Sequence record: SRR31156797_326
Strand: one strand, 5' to 3'
Length of the DNA stretch: 64,000 nt
Below the pieces are notes generated by a model. The model was not told where the DNA came from, did no database searches, and worked only from the letters and a program-made list of their open reading frames with translations. Each line of letters begins with the position of its first letter. Within the stretch, counting starts at the first letter, position 1. The position numbers were made by a program, and so were the translations under genes. This document shows, one piece after another, positions 1 through 9,700 of this stretch.

Positions 1-2
1 GC

Positions 3-30
3 GTTGAGACGCACGGCCGTGCGTCTTTAC
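3..30. repeat. REP-like palindrome
   Basis: Perfect 20-bp palindrome AGACGCACGGCCGTGCGTCT at 7-26, in a GTTGAGACG...CGTCTTTAC context resembling GTAG-type REP elements. Confidence 0.55.
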
Positions 31-304
31 GTGTTATTTAGTTATTTGCCTCGCTTCGCTCGGCGTTATTTGCGATGCGCGCGTGATTTGTGGTTATTTG
101 TTGTGTTTGTTGTCGGGTTGTCAAGTTATCGTTGTTAAACGCTTTCTCCAGGTATGGTTGTCTGATATTGGTCAAAGAGTTTAACAATGAAAACGTGAGT
201 AAAACGAACTGATAACCATGACAACGCGTAGCGGATAACATAAATGACTGTTGTTTTATCTTGTTAATTACTTAAATGTCCCTTTCCATTTAAAAAATAA
301 TTAC

Positions 305-312
305 TACATTTG
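305..312 (+). promoter_or_regulatory. Bacteroidota -7 promoter element
   Basis: TACATTTG matches TAnnTTTG, about 75 bp upstream of the repressor ATG. Confidence 0.5.
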
Positions 313-386
313 ACCATTATTTAATCATATTTGCGTTTACAATATAATCAAACAGGATGTTTTAAACAAATAATTGTTGATAACTT

Positions 387-1199
387 ATGCATTTCGGAAC
401 GAACATTAGAATATTGCGCAAGCGCAAAGGCCGTACTCAGGGCGACGTGGCCACAGCGCTAGGGATCAATCGATCGACCTACAACAACTACGAAAACCAG
501 ATTGCCCGTCCGGGGATAGATGCGCTGGTGGCATTTTCGGAGTATTTCGGCATTGCCATCGATACATTGCTAAAAGTGGACCTGGGTAAGCTTTCGGAAA
601 GCCAGTTTTCTCAGCTCGAAAAAGGCTACGATGTATACATCCGCGGGAGTAACCTGCGCGTGCTGGCCACCACTGTTGATCAGGCCAATGAGGAAAATAT
701 CGAGCTGGTGTCGGAGAAAGCCAAGGCCGGCTACACCAATGGTTTTGCCGATCCGGAATTCATCCGTATCCTACCCACGTTTAAACTACCGTTTTTATCC
801 AAAGAGAAAAAATACCGCACCTTTCAGATCAATGGCGACTCGATGCTGCCCATTCCGCATGGATCGTATGTAACGGGCGAATTTATCCAGAACTGGGAAT
901 TCATCCGCAACGGTGAGGCTTGCATTGTGCTTACCCTCAACGAAGGCGTACTTTTTAAGGTGGTGGAAAATTTAATTGAAGAAAATGGTATGTTGCGGTT
1001 GCACTCGCTCAACACGGTTTATGTGCCTTACAGCATTCATGTAAGTGAGATCAGGGAAGTGTGGAAGTTTACCAATTTTATCAGCTCAGAGATGCCCGAA
1101 GGCCGCACTCCCGAAAACGAAATTGTGGAAAGCATCCGCGAGATAAAAAAGGATGTGAAGGGGATAAACGAGCATTTGAAGAAGTTGCCGGAAGGATGA
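387..1199 (+). CDS. XRE-HTH + S24 peptidase transcriptional repressor (LexA/CI-like)
   Basis: N-terminal HTH (LRKRKGRTQGDVATALGINRSTYNNYE), Ala-Gly cleavage site (KAKAGY), catalytic Ser (GDSMLP) and Lys (VLFK), C-terminal heptad extension. Confidence 0.9.
   Translation: MHFGTNIRILRKRKGRTQGDVATALGINRSTYNNYENQIARPGIDALVAFSEYFGIAIDTLLKVDLGKLSESQFSQLEKGYDVYIRGSNLRVLATTVDQANEENIELVSEKAKAGYTNGFADPEFIRILPTFKLPFLSKEKKYRTFQINGDSMLPIPHGSYVTGEFIQNWEFIRNGEACIVLTLNEGVLFKVVENLIEENGMLRLHSLNTVYVPYSIHVSEIREVWKFTNFISSEMPEGRTPENEIVESIREIKKDVKGINEHLKKLPEG
1092..1193 (+). repeat. Direct repeat copy 1 (3' end of repressor gene)
   Basis: 85/102 nt identical, by manual count, to 1758-1859. Confidence 0.9.
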
Positions 1200-1232
1200 A
1201 AAATTGTTGGGGTATTTTTTCGTTTTAAAAAC

Positions 1233-1240
1233 TAACTTTG
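1233..1240 (+). promoter_or_regulatory. Bacteroidota -7 promoter element for TA operon
   Basis: TAACTTTG, 19 bp upstream of the antitoxin ATG. Confidence 0.6.
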
Positions 1241-1258
1241 TATTCAAAATTTTAAGAG

Positions 1259-1465
1259 ATGACTTTTCAACCACAAATAATTAAAGATGCTGATGGCAAG
1301 GACATTGGTGTATTCATTCCCAAAAGAGATTATGACCAAATAATGGAGATGCTCGAGGAGTTTGAAGATACAAAAGATTTTGATGCGGTTAAGAGAAATA
1401 GCGAACAAGCAATACCTGTAGAACAAGCTTTTAGGGAAATTGAAGAAAATCGCCGTGACTTATAA
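1259..1465 (+). CDS. Type II antitoxin (RelB-like, acidic)
   Basis: Small acidic 68-aa ORF directly upstream of and overlapping a RelE toxin. Confidence 0.75.
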   Translation: MTFQPQIIKDADGKDIGVFIPKRDYDQIMEMLEEFEDTKDFDAVKRNSEQAIPVEQAFREIEENRRDL

Positions 1466-1712
1466 GTTGTTGATCTTAAAAAGTGCACAAAAGCAAATTT
1501 CCAAATTGCCGGCGAGAGACTATCGTAAAGTAAAGCAGGTAATTTTAGATTTAGCCAATAATCCAAGGCCGGTGCATTGCAGCAAGCTGAAATATCGTGA
1601 TGGCTATAGAATCCGGCAAGGAGATTACAGGATAATTTACCAGGTTCAGGACAATATTTTAACAGTACTTGTATTGAAGATTGGCCACCGAAAAGATATT
1701 TACCGCGATTAG
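1455..1712 (+). CDS. RelE/StbE family type II toxin
   Basis: Basic protein with YRIRQGDYRIIY and IGHRKDIY motifs; likely GTG start at 1455 (MTYKL) overlapping the antitoxin end. Confidence 0.9.
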   Translation: MTYKLLILKSAQKQISKLPARDYRKVKQVILDLANNPRPVHCSKLKYRDGYRIRQGDYRIIYQVQDNILTVLVLKIGHRKDIYRD

Positions 1713-1757
1713 ATTTTGATTTCATTTATTGGTTTTTCTTTTTCCCATTGTGCTAAA

Positions 1758-1874
1758 ATGCCCGAAGCCCGCCCACAGGAAAACGAGATCGTGGAAAGTA
1801 TCCGCGAAATTAAAAAGGATGTGAAGGAGATTAATGAGCGGTTGAAGGGGTTGCCGGAAGTGGATATTTTTTAA
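1758..1874 (+). repeat. Direct repeat copy 2; intact 38-aa mini-ORF homologous to the repressor C-terminus
   Basis: Translates to MPEARPQENEIVESIREIKKDVKEINERLKGLPEVDIF*; 28/34 aa identical to the repressor tail; expression unproven. Confidence 0.8.
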
Positions 1875-1877
1875 CAC

Positions 1878-3563
1878 CTACAGCCCCGTATTCTCAACCC
1901 TGGCAATATACGCGAAAGCTGTATTGATTTTGATCCTGTCGCCGCGATTTAATTCAAGCCGCTGTACCCGACCACTGGGACGGATAATTTGCTTTGTGCC
2001 GTTGACCTCAACCTCGATGGGGATTTTGAAATCATCACCCATGTTTGCCCACTTGTATTTGAGGGTGTTTTTTCCGGTTGCCGGATTTCGGGTAAAACTG
2101 AAATCCAATTGCGGACATGCCCTGTTGAAAAGATAAGCATCAAAAAACCAGCTATAATCACTGCCTGTCTTTTCGTTTACGAGGTTCATAAAATCGTTGT
2201 TGGTGGCGATGCTGTATTTGTGATCTTGGTAAAAGGTTTTGATGATGTCCATAAACACGCTGTCGTTGTTGATGGTGTTTCGCAGGGTGTGCAGCATATT
2301 TGCTCCTTTGAAATATACATCCGCATCTTTTTTGTGCCAGAAGTTCAGATCGTATGGTCCGATGACCGGGTATTCATTTTGCACCATATAGCTGTACCAT
2401 TTCAGATGCTCCAGGTACATATCATAGCCATAAACGTGCTCCAGGAATAGCGCTTCGCTGTACGTGGCAAAACCTTCGTGCAGCCAGATTTCGGCATAGT
2501 CGAAAGCCGAAACGCTATTGCCCCACCATTCATGGGCGGCCTCGTGCAGGATGATGTGGTCATAATCGTAATTGGTTTCGTTTTCGTAACCGTTGCCATA
2601 TGCTATCGCCGACTGGTGCTCCATCCCTGCATACGGACTCTCAACCAGTTTAAAGCCATCACGCCACCAGGGGTATTCCCCAAAGGCCTCCTCAAAAAAC
2701 CTGATAATTTCTATGGATTGCTCAAAATGTGTTTTGGCGGTTTCCAGGTTTTCAGGAAGTACATAAAAATCAAGGTAAAGCGTTGAGTTGCCCTTTTCAT
2801 AGGGCAATTGAAAATGTTCGAAGTTCCCGGCGTAAAAAGTTACATTGTAGGTATTGATGCAATAGGACACCTTCCAGGTAAATGTTTCCTTCCCGTTTTC
2901 AACTTTTCGGTTTTTCAGCCTGCCGTTGCTCACACAAAACAGGCCCTCGGGAATGGTAAAATGCATAAGGGTGCTATCGGGTTCATCGTACAGATGATCT
3001 TTTACCGGCCACCAGGCACTGGCGCCCAGGCCTTCGCAAGCCACCCCAACCCAGGGTTCACCATTTTCGGTTTCATCCCAAACCAGACCGCCTTCCCAGG
3101 GCGGATCTTTTGTCGGCATTGCCTTGCCATTGTAAAAGGTTCTGATTTTGGTTTGCCTGCCTTTTTTAAGGGGTTCCGCAAGGGTGACAATAACCGATTT
3201 CTTTTCCCGATTAAATTCCAGCGGATGCCCATCCTGCATTATAGAAGTTATCTTATAATTTTTGCGCAGGTCAATCTGCACAATATTCAGATCTTCCAAC
3301 GCTTCGAAATGCATATCCACCCAGCCATTCAGCCTTTTCTTGTCGATGTCAACATCGATATTGATTTCGTAAAAGAAAACATCGTTGTTTTTGCGGTATT
3401 CGCCATAGCTGCCAAACACATAATCGGCATCACTGAACTTTGGATATTTCCCTGGTTCTTCAGGGGTTTTGTGAGCAGTATTGAGTTGGTATTCTTCAGT
3501 TTTACAAGCAAATAAAATCAACAACACCAACAGGGATATAAACCATATTTTTTTTGTATGCAT
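1878..3563 (-). CDS. M1 family zinc aminopeptidase, lipoprotein
   Basis: AGMEH (GAMEN-like), HEAAH...E zinc motif (LHEGFATYSE), lipobox LFAC followed by KTEE. Confidence 0.9.
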   Translation of the reverse strand: MHTKKIWFISLLVLLILFACKTEEYQLNTAHKTPEEPGKYPKFSDADYVFGSYGEYRKNNDVFFYEINIDVDIDKKRLNGWVDMHFEALEDLNIVQIDLRKNYKITSIMQDGHPLEFNREKKSVIVTLAEPLKKGRQTKIRTFYNGKAMPTKDPPWEGGLVWDETENGEPWVGVACEGLGASAWWPVKDHLYDEPDSTLMHFTIPEGLFCVSNGRLKNRKVENGKETFTWKVSYCINTYNVTFYAGNFEHFQLPYEKGNSTLYLDFYVLPENLETAKTHFEQSIEIIRFFEEAFGEYPWWRDGFKLVESPYAGMEHQSAIAYGNGYENETNYDYDHIILHEAAHEWWGNSVSAFDYAEIWLHEGFATYSEALFLEHVYGYDMYLEHLKWYSYMVQNEYPVIGPYDLNFWHKKDADVYFKGANMLHTLRNTINNDSVFMDIIKTFYQDHKYSIATNNDFMNLVNEKTGSDYSWFFDAYLFNRACPQLDFSFTRNPATGKNTLKYKWANMGDDFKIPIEVEVNGTKQIIRPSGRVQRLELNRGDRIKINTAFAYIARVENTGL

Positions 3564-3576
3564 GCCAGGGAAGGTT

Positions 3577-4953
3577 TTAGTATTTCATGATTAGCATTGA
3601 TTCTTCAATGTTTTCTTCATCACATCCAAGTACCTGGTGAACGATCATGGCATTTTTGTGGTCTTCAGCCTTCCCAAGCTTTTCGAAACATGTGCTTTGA
3701 AGCTGATAAACCTCACACCCACAGGGGGCATTTTCCTGGATAACCTTCAGGTCTTTCAGTGCTCCGGCATAATCTGCATTTTTCATGTATGCCATTGCCC
3801 GCATTCGGTACTCGCCATAAATTGAATCCTGCGCAATGGATGCTGAGGCATAATCTATCACAGCGTCATAATTGCCCAATTGATAATCACACCTTGCAAC
3901 CCTGTAATCCACATCCACCTCTTCATCAGTATCCCGGCAATTCAGGAAATTTGTTTTTGCCTCTGCATATTGGCCCATATTATAATGGCACATGGCAAGA
4001 TACTGGAATTCGCTTTCCTCTGCTGAAACCTTTTCATTGTATGCTGAAAGGTTTACAAGCGCATCTTCATAATTTTCAAGTTGAAACTGATAGTAGCCCA
4101 TATTGAACCAAACATCGGTATCTTCAGGGTCTATTTCCATGGCATCTTTCAGTACGATGATAGCTGTATCGTATTCTTCCAGTGTGCCCTTGATGTATGC
4201 CAGATTTTTATAATACTGCAAATATTCAGGTTCCATTTCAATCGCGATTTTTATATGTTTACACGCTTCATCGTACCTTGAAGAATAGAAAAAATATCTG
4301 CCTTTTGTGTTGTAGAGACTTGCGCTGTCGGGGGTTAACGTCAATGCCTGATCGATGGCTTCAATGGCTGCATCATATTGCTCGAGCCCTTCATAAGCCA
4401 ATGCCAGGTTTTGGTAGATTGTTGTTGACTCTGGGTTTAACTCCAGTGCGTTTTTAAAATAGGGGAGTGCTTCCTGGAAGTTTTCCTGGTAATAATAGCA
4501 CAGCCCAACATTATTGTAGAAATCCGCATCCCTGGCTTCTATTTCTACTTTTACGTATTCTTCAAGGGCAAGTGCATATTCCTCAGCATTAAAATAATCG
4601 TTGCCGGTTTGGTAATGCTCACTGGTGGATGCTTCTATCATATCAAACATAATTTCCTGTATTGTGGGACAGTTGAGTCCCAATTTCACCCCCACTTTCT
4701 CCATTAATGATTGTACCACCTGTTCTGCATTTTCTCCGTCAAGACTACCAAATTCTTTTTCAATTTTTTTGCTGTATTTCGACATGGCTTCCAGGGCACA
4801 CTTTCCCATCTCCTCCTCCGGGTTCATCAATACCAGGGTTTTGTTTTTCTCCAGGCATTCACAGGTGAGATCTGCAATTTTATCGATGTATTTTTGGCCG
4901 TAGGCCAGGTTTATGGTCAACAGGATCAGGAAAATTACTGTAATTTTTTTCAT
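3577..4953 (-). CDS. Secreted tetratricopeptide repeat protein
   Basis: Signal peptide and many TPR units (e.g. FYNNVGLCYY..ALELNP). Confidence 0.85.
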   Translation of the reverse strand: MKKITVIFLILLTINLAYGQKYIDKIADLTCECLEKNKTLVLMNPEEEMGKCALEAMSKYSKKIEKEFGSLDGENAEQVVQSLMEKVGVKLGLNCPTIQEIMFDMIEASTSEHYQTGNDYFNAEEYALALEEYVKVEIEARDADFYNNVGLCYYYQENFQEALPYFKNALELNPESTTIYQNLALAYEGLEQYDAAIEAIDQALTLTPDSASLYNTKGRYFFYSSRYDEACKHIKIAIEMEPEYLQYYKNLAYIKGTLEEYDTAIIVLKDAMEIDPEDTDVWFNMGYYQFQLENYEDALVNLSAYNEKVSAEESEFQYLAMCHYNMGQYAEAKTNFLNCRDTDEEVDVDYRVARCDYQLGNYDAVIDYASASIAQDSIYGEYRMRAMAYMKNADYAGALKDLKVIQENAPCGCEVYQLQSTCFEKLGKAEDHKNAMIVHQVLGCDEENIEESMLIMKY

Positions 4954-5105
4954 GTTTTTTGGGTTTCTGTTTGTGAATAGTTCAACTATAAGTTTCTGAT
5001 TTCGATATTTTTTTTATGGTAATGAATGGGTTTTTAGTAATGGGATATGGTTTTTGGCTGATCGGTATCCGGGTTTTAAATGCTGCCTGGACGATCTTTT
5101 CCCAA

Positions 5106-5669
5106 TCAAAGCTTTAACACCAGTTGCAATGCTGGATAACGGTGCCTAATGGTTGGCCCAAACCTAAAATTCCCGGATAAATGATAAGATGGCATATATA
5201 ATGACTGGGTTTTTGAACTCGTGGATCCTACAATTGCGCCAATGAGCAATCCGCCGGCACCAAAGCCCAGGTACATTGGGCCAAAGTTAACCGGCTCGGC
5301 ATAGGGGTCAACTTCGTAATTCATTTGAACCAAAAATACAGTTAATACACCCGTGAGGCCTCCCAATAGCGCTCCGGTTCCGGCTTTCGATCCAGTTTTG
5401 ATGGAAACCCAGTGAACTTCATCTGTCGAAATATAATTTTCCTGTCCTGAGGCAGAGAAATACCGCAATGTTGTATCATTCACCAGTTCGATGCTTTTGC
5501 CCGCAACAAACTGGTTGGATTTCATGTACATTTTTCCATTGTAAACCTGCCCTGGCTGAATGTAGTCCTTTTGGGCTTTAAGGGTGTTAGTAGTAAAGAA
5601 CACAAATAGCAAAATTCCCATAACCTGAAAGTCCCAAAACCCGGTTTTTGGTAAATGGCTTTTTTTCAT
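5106..5669 (-). CDS. Hypothetical exported/membrane protein with glycine-zipper segments
   Basis: Signal-like N-terminus and two Gly-rich hydrophobic helices. Confidence 0.65.
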   Translation of the reverse strand: MKKSHLPKTGFWDFQVMGILLFVFFTTNTLKAQKDYIQPGQVYNGKMYMKSNQFVAGKSIELVNDTTLRYFSASGQENYISTDEVHWVSIKTGSKAGTGALLGGLTGVLTVFLVQMNYEVDPYAEPVNFGPMYLGFGAGGLLIGAIVGSTSSKTQSLYMPSYHLSGNFRFGPTIRHRYPALQLVLKL

Positions 5670-5695
5670 TGGTCTTATTGGATTTTCTGGGGATT

Positions 5696-6526
5696 CTATT
5701 TTTGAAGGTAAGGGTTGGATTGCCCTGTATTACCTGATGCCACATTATTGTTGGATTTATACCGGGCCTCTATTTGATCCATCATAGGTTCAATCAGGAT
5801 TGAAAAATTCCCCAGGACGACATCATATTGTTGGGGATCTTTACCCTTTATAAATAGGCTGGCTGACATATTAGATGCCTCGCTGACTAGTTTTCCATCG
5901 TGGTTAAAAATATACAGTTTGGTTTTTAAGGCAAGGCCGCCATTACCTCCAAAAGGGCCAACACTCTGAACCGACAGTTGTGAAACGGATAGCGCAACAT
6001 AATCCACTTCAAGTTTTTCAGCTATTTTTCCGATAGCATATCTGTAATTAACTTCCTGTTGGAAAAATGGTTGGAACCGCATGCCGCTGAAGGCAAAAGG
6101 ATTAATATCACCATCCGAAATGCTCATCATCGGAAAATTATCATTGCCGGTGTAAAGGTCACCAGGTCTATCCATATCCTTCGCCAGATTCTCGAATTCA
6201 GGATGATTGTGAAGTGTGTCACCGTAAATTACCTGGCAGTGAAAATGGTTTTGAAAACTGCTTGCCAGAATCTCACGGTATTCGTTTGCGTGGGCTTCCT
6301 GGATAATGATAATTTCTTCGGCAATCTCATTTGTTTTTCCATTGAATATACCTGCATCGATAAGCGGAAGTGTGGGCTGGTAAATCCTGTCGATCATCGT
6401 TGAAAGGATGACTACCTTTTTCATTTCTTCGGGTGTATTGCCGTAGTGTGTAACTTTTAGGGATTCGCAACCTGCAAGAGTAAAAACTACAATTGCACAA
6501 AGGATAATTCGTTTTAAATTTTTCAT
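5696..6526 (-). CDS. Hypothetical lipoprotein
   Basis: Lipobox LAGC; 276-aa ORF; no family recognised. Confidence 0.7.
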   Translation of the reverse strand: MKNLKRIILCAIVVFTLAGCESLKVTHYGNTPEEMKKVVILSTMIDRIYQPTLPLIDAGIFNGKTNEIAEEIIIIQEAHANEYREILASSFQNHFHCQVIYGDTLHNHPEFENLAKDMDRPGDLYTGNDNFPMMSISDGDINPFAFSGMRFQPFFQQEVNYRYAIGKIAEKLEVDYVALSVSQLSVQSVGPFGGNGGLALKTKLYIFNHDGKLVSEASNMSASLFIKGKDPQQYDVVLGNFSILIEPMMDQIEARYKSNNNVASGNTGQSNPYLQK

Positions 6527-6572
6527 TGGTTTTTGTTTTGGATAATTTGATTGGTTCCAAATTTGGTTATCA

Positions 6573-6580
6573 CAAATCTA
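6573..6580 (-). promoter_or_regulatory. Bacteroidota -7 promoter element
   Basis: CAAATCTA reads TAGATTTG on the minus strand, upstream of the lipoprotein gene. Confidence 0.5.
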
Positions 6581-6639
6581 CAAAATTTGACCTTAAATAT
6601 GGGACCATCCTCAAAAAATTTTTCATATAGAATTGCAAA

Positions 6640-6664
6640 ACGTTTAATCATGCATATTAAACGT
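6640..6664. promoter_or_regulatory. Dyad (candidate operator) between divergent promoters
   Basis: ACGTTTAAT-N7-ATTAAACGT, perfect 9-bp inverted repeat. Confidence 0.45.
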
Positions 6665-6706
6665 AAATATGTCATGTAATTCCGGCATTTAATGGGCAAA
6701 AAACTT

Positions 6707-6714
6707 TAAATTTG
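6707..6714 (+). promoter_or_regulatory. Bacteroidota -7 promoter element
   Basis: TAAATTTG just upstream of the sensor kinase GTG start. Confidence 0.5.
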
Positions 6715-6727
6715 GCTCAAAAAACAA

Positions 6728-9700
6728 GTGTTCAAAGGCCAATATCTTAGTTTCATACTGTTCCTGCTCCTGTTCTGGGTTAACCTGGCTTCTCAAAACT
6801 TAGTCCGTTACGGCATTTCGGATGGCCTGGCTCATAAGCATGTCCGACACTTTTACCAGGATTCAAAAGGTTTTTTGTGGATTGGCACATGGAATGGGAT
6901 TTCCAGATTTGACGGTCATCATTTTACATCCTTCCAACATGATTCTGGTGATTCAACTTCAATTTTAAACGAAGAGGTAACCTGGATTACCGAAGATAGT
7001 TTGGGGAATATTTGGTCGTTCACAAGAAATGGTATCATGAAATATTCCGGGGGCGACAATTTTACACGGGTTTTTCTTGATGAAACACACAAAAAGGATT
7101 TCAAACCACTGGGTAGCCAAACTCTGGTATTTGATTACAGCGGGACAGGCTGGTTTTTAGAAGAGCAGGGGTTGTTTTCATTTTCCAGTGACCTGAAAAA
7201 AATACGCAGGCTGGGTATTCCCAACATTACTTTTAAAGAAAGCAATGCCATCCTTGCTGATAAAAGTGGATTGTGGATTACCACAATTAATGGCATTTGT
7301 TTTTTTAAATATGAAACGCTGAATCAAAATAATTTCATTACAGAAGAGGCAGCGGACATTTTCATTCTGAACCGGAATTGGAGCCAGGATTTTCCAGGCG
7401 GTTTTTTAAGGAGTATAAATGATCGGCTTTTGGTTCATTATACAAATAAAGGTATTTATGAATTGGATGTTGATGACGGTGAATTGAAACAATTGATAGG
7501 TAAGCACACAGCCGGTGTTGGTAATATAACCGAGTTTCGCAGGTTTTATGAAATTTCACCCGGAATCATTGCATTTGGAAAAGGGCAAAACGGCATGTTG
7601 ATGTTTGATTTAAACAGCAATACATTCATCGATGAGCATCCATTACTTAATTATACCAGCGGATTAGATATTCACGCAATCCTGATGGATAAACAGCACA
7701 ATATTTGGGTAGGCAGCCTGAATGGTGTATTGAAATATTCATGCCCGCAATTAACATTTAAGTCATGGCTATATGATCCGGAAGACACAAATTCGTTATC
7801 CGGCGAAAACCTTACTCATGTGTTTAAGGACGCATACAGACATCTTTGGGTTTCCAGCACCAGTGGAGGTATTGAGAGAATCGATCCTGAATCCGGGTTG
7901 GTTACCAAAATCAGGCTTCCGGATAAATATCATATTTATACCAATCCAAACAGGGGTAATTATATCTATCAGCTGGACAGTAACATGTTTTTGCTTGCCT
8001 ACGACTCTGCCGTATTTAAATATAATCTGAAACAAAATAGTTTTGATTTTGTAATGAAGGTTGACCGTCATGTAAGACAAGTTGCTAAAGATGATGATGG
8101 TAAACTATATATGGTAGCTTCTAACGGGAGGTATATTTTAAATTACAAAAATGAAAAGCTAACTTTAGATAGTGAATTTAACATAGGCCATGAAAAGGCT
8201 CAATATCAGAGTAATTGGGATATTGAGATTTTGGATGACAGAATAATCCTCGGACAAAGAAAGGGGTTAACAATTATCGATAAAAACAACTTTTCTAACG
8301 TTGCTTGTTTTGTGCCTGATGGAGCCAAGGACATACCCTATGTACTTTGTGTTTATCCGGCAAGTAGCGGCCTGGTTTGGATCGGAACCATGCGTGATGG
8401 TATTTATGCCTTCGATATGACGATAAAGGAGTTCGTCAGCCACTTCGACATGAATGATGGATTGATTGATAACTCGGTGAATGCAATTTTTGAAGATAAC
8501 AATGGATATTTATGGGCGAGTACATGGAAAGGCATCGCAAAAGTTATCCCCGAAACAGGCGAAATATATAACTATAGCACAGTGAATGGGCTGCCATTTC
8601 CTGAATTTAATACCGAAGTATATTGTAGGGATGACGACGGGAATATATATTTTGGCGGACTTGGTGGGGTAATTGAAATGCATCCCAGGACGTTTGTAAA
8701 TTTTGAAACACCCAATGATTTAAAAATTATAGAAGTTCATGCCTGGAATAAACTTTTACCCCTTACATATCCTTTGGGTAATGATGAACAGGTAAAATTG
8801 GAATTTGAACAAAATGATTTTTCGGTTTTTTTTAGCAGTTTTGATTTCAGACATGCCCATGAAAGGCGGTACCGTTATAAGCTCAATGGCTATGACAGCA
8901 AATGGCGTCAATTGACCAACAACGATTTTGCTGCACGGTATGCCAATGTACCGTCGGGTTCGTACACACTTACCATCGGGTCAACGTACCAGAACTGGCC
9001 TTGGGTGGGCAAACAAACCAACCTGAAGATCAGCATAAAACCACCTCCGGTTTATAAACGTCAAAGCTTTCTGGTAGCCATTTTAATCATATTGGGCCTG
9101 TCATTAACCACCATAATAATTTTAAGGTTGCGAAATAAAAATATGCAAAAAGAGGTGATGATAACCAGGTTGGAAAAAGAATCAAACCTGGCAAAACTCA
9201 ACTTCCTGAAAAGCCAGATGAACCCGCATTTTTATTTCAACACCCTTAATGCGATTAACAGTTTTGTGTTGAAACATGAAATAAGGGAAGCCAATATCTA
9301 CCTGACCAAATTCGCCAAGCTGATGCGTGAAGTTCTGGATAATTCTCAAAAGGAGTTTGTGAAAATAGCTGACGAAAAAGCCGTACTTGAGAAATACCTG
9401 GCCTTGCAGCAGTTGCGCTTTCAGAATTTATTTGATTATGAAATTAACGTAGATCAGGAGGTGGAGGATAAGGAGATACCTCCCATGTTTTTGCAGCCAT
9501 TCATCGAAAACTCTGTTGAATATGCTTTTGTTGATATGCAGGTAAAAGGTTGGCTTACAATAAGCTTTAATCTGGATGGAGAGCAAATTATTTGTTCTGT
9601 CATCGACAATGGCATAGGCATAGACCGCTCGCAACAGATCAAGCGTCGCTCCAAAAGATCATCAACAGCTATAAAAAACATTTTTAAGCGCATTTACATG

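Noticed and set aside
38-241. 67-aa minus-strand ORF divergent from the repressor (possible Cro)
   Set aside because: No HTH pattern; its 3' half is built from low-complexity octamer repeats
1440-1454. TTG start for RelE given by the ORF track
   Set aside because: GTG at 1455 gives the typical MTYKL N-terminus and a short overlap with the antitoxin
1330-1725. 131-aa minus-strand ORF
   Set aside because: Antisense shadow of the TA genes
1989-3515. Long plus-strand ORFs of 102-235 aa
   Set aside because: Antisense shadows of the M1 peptidase with no motifs
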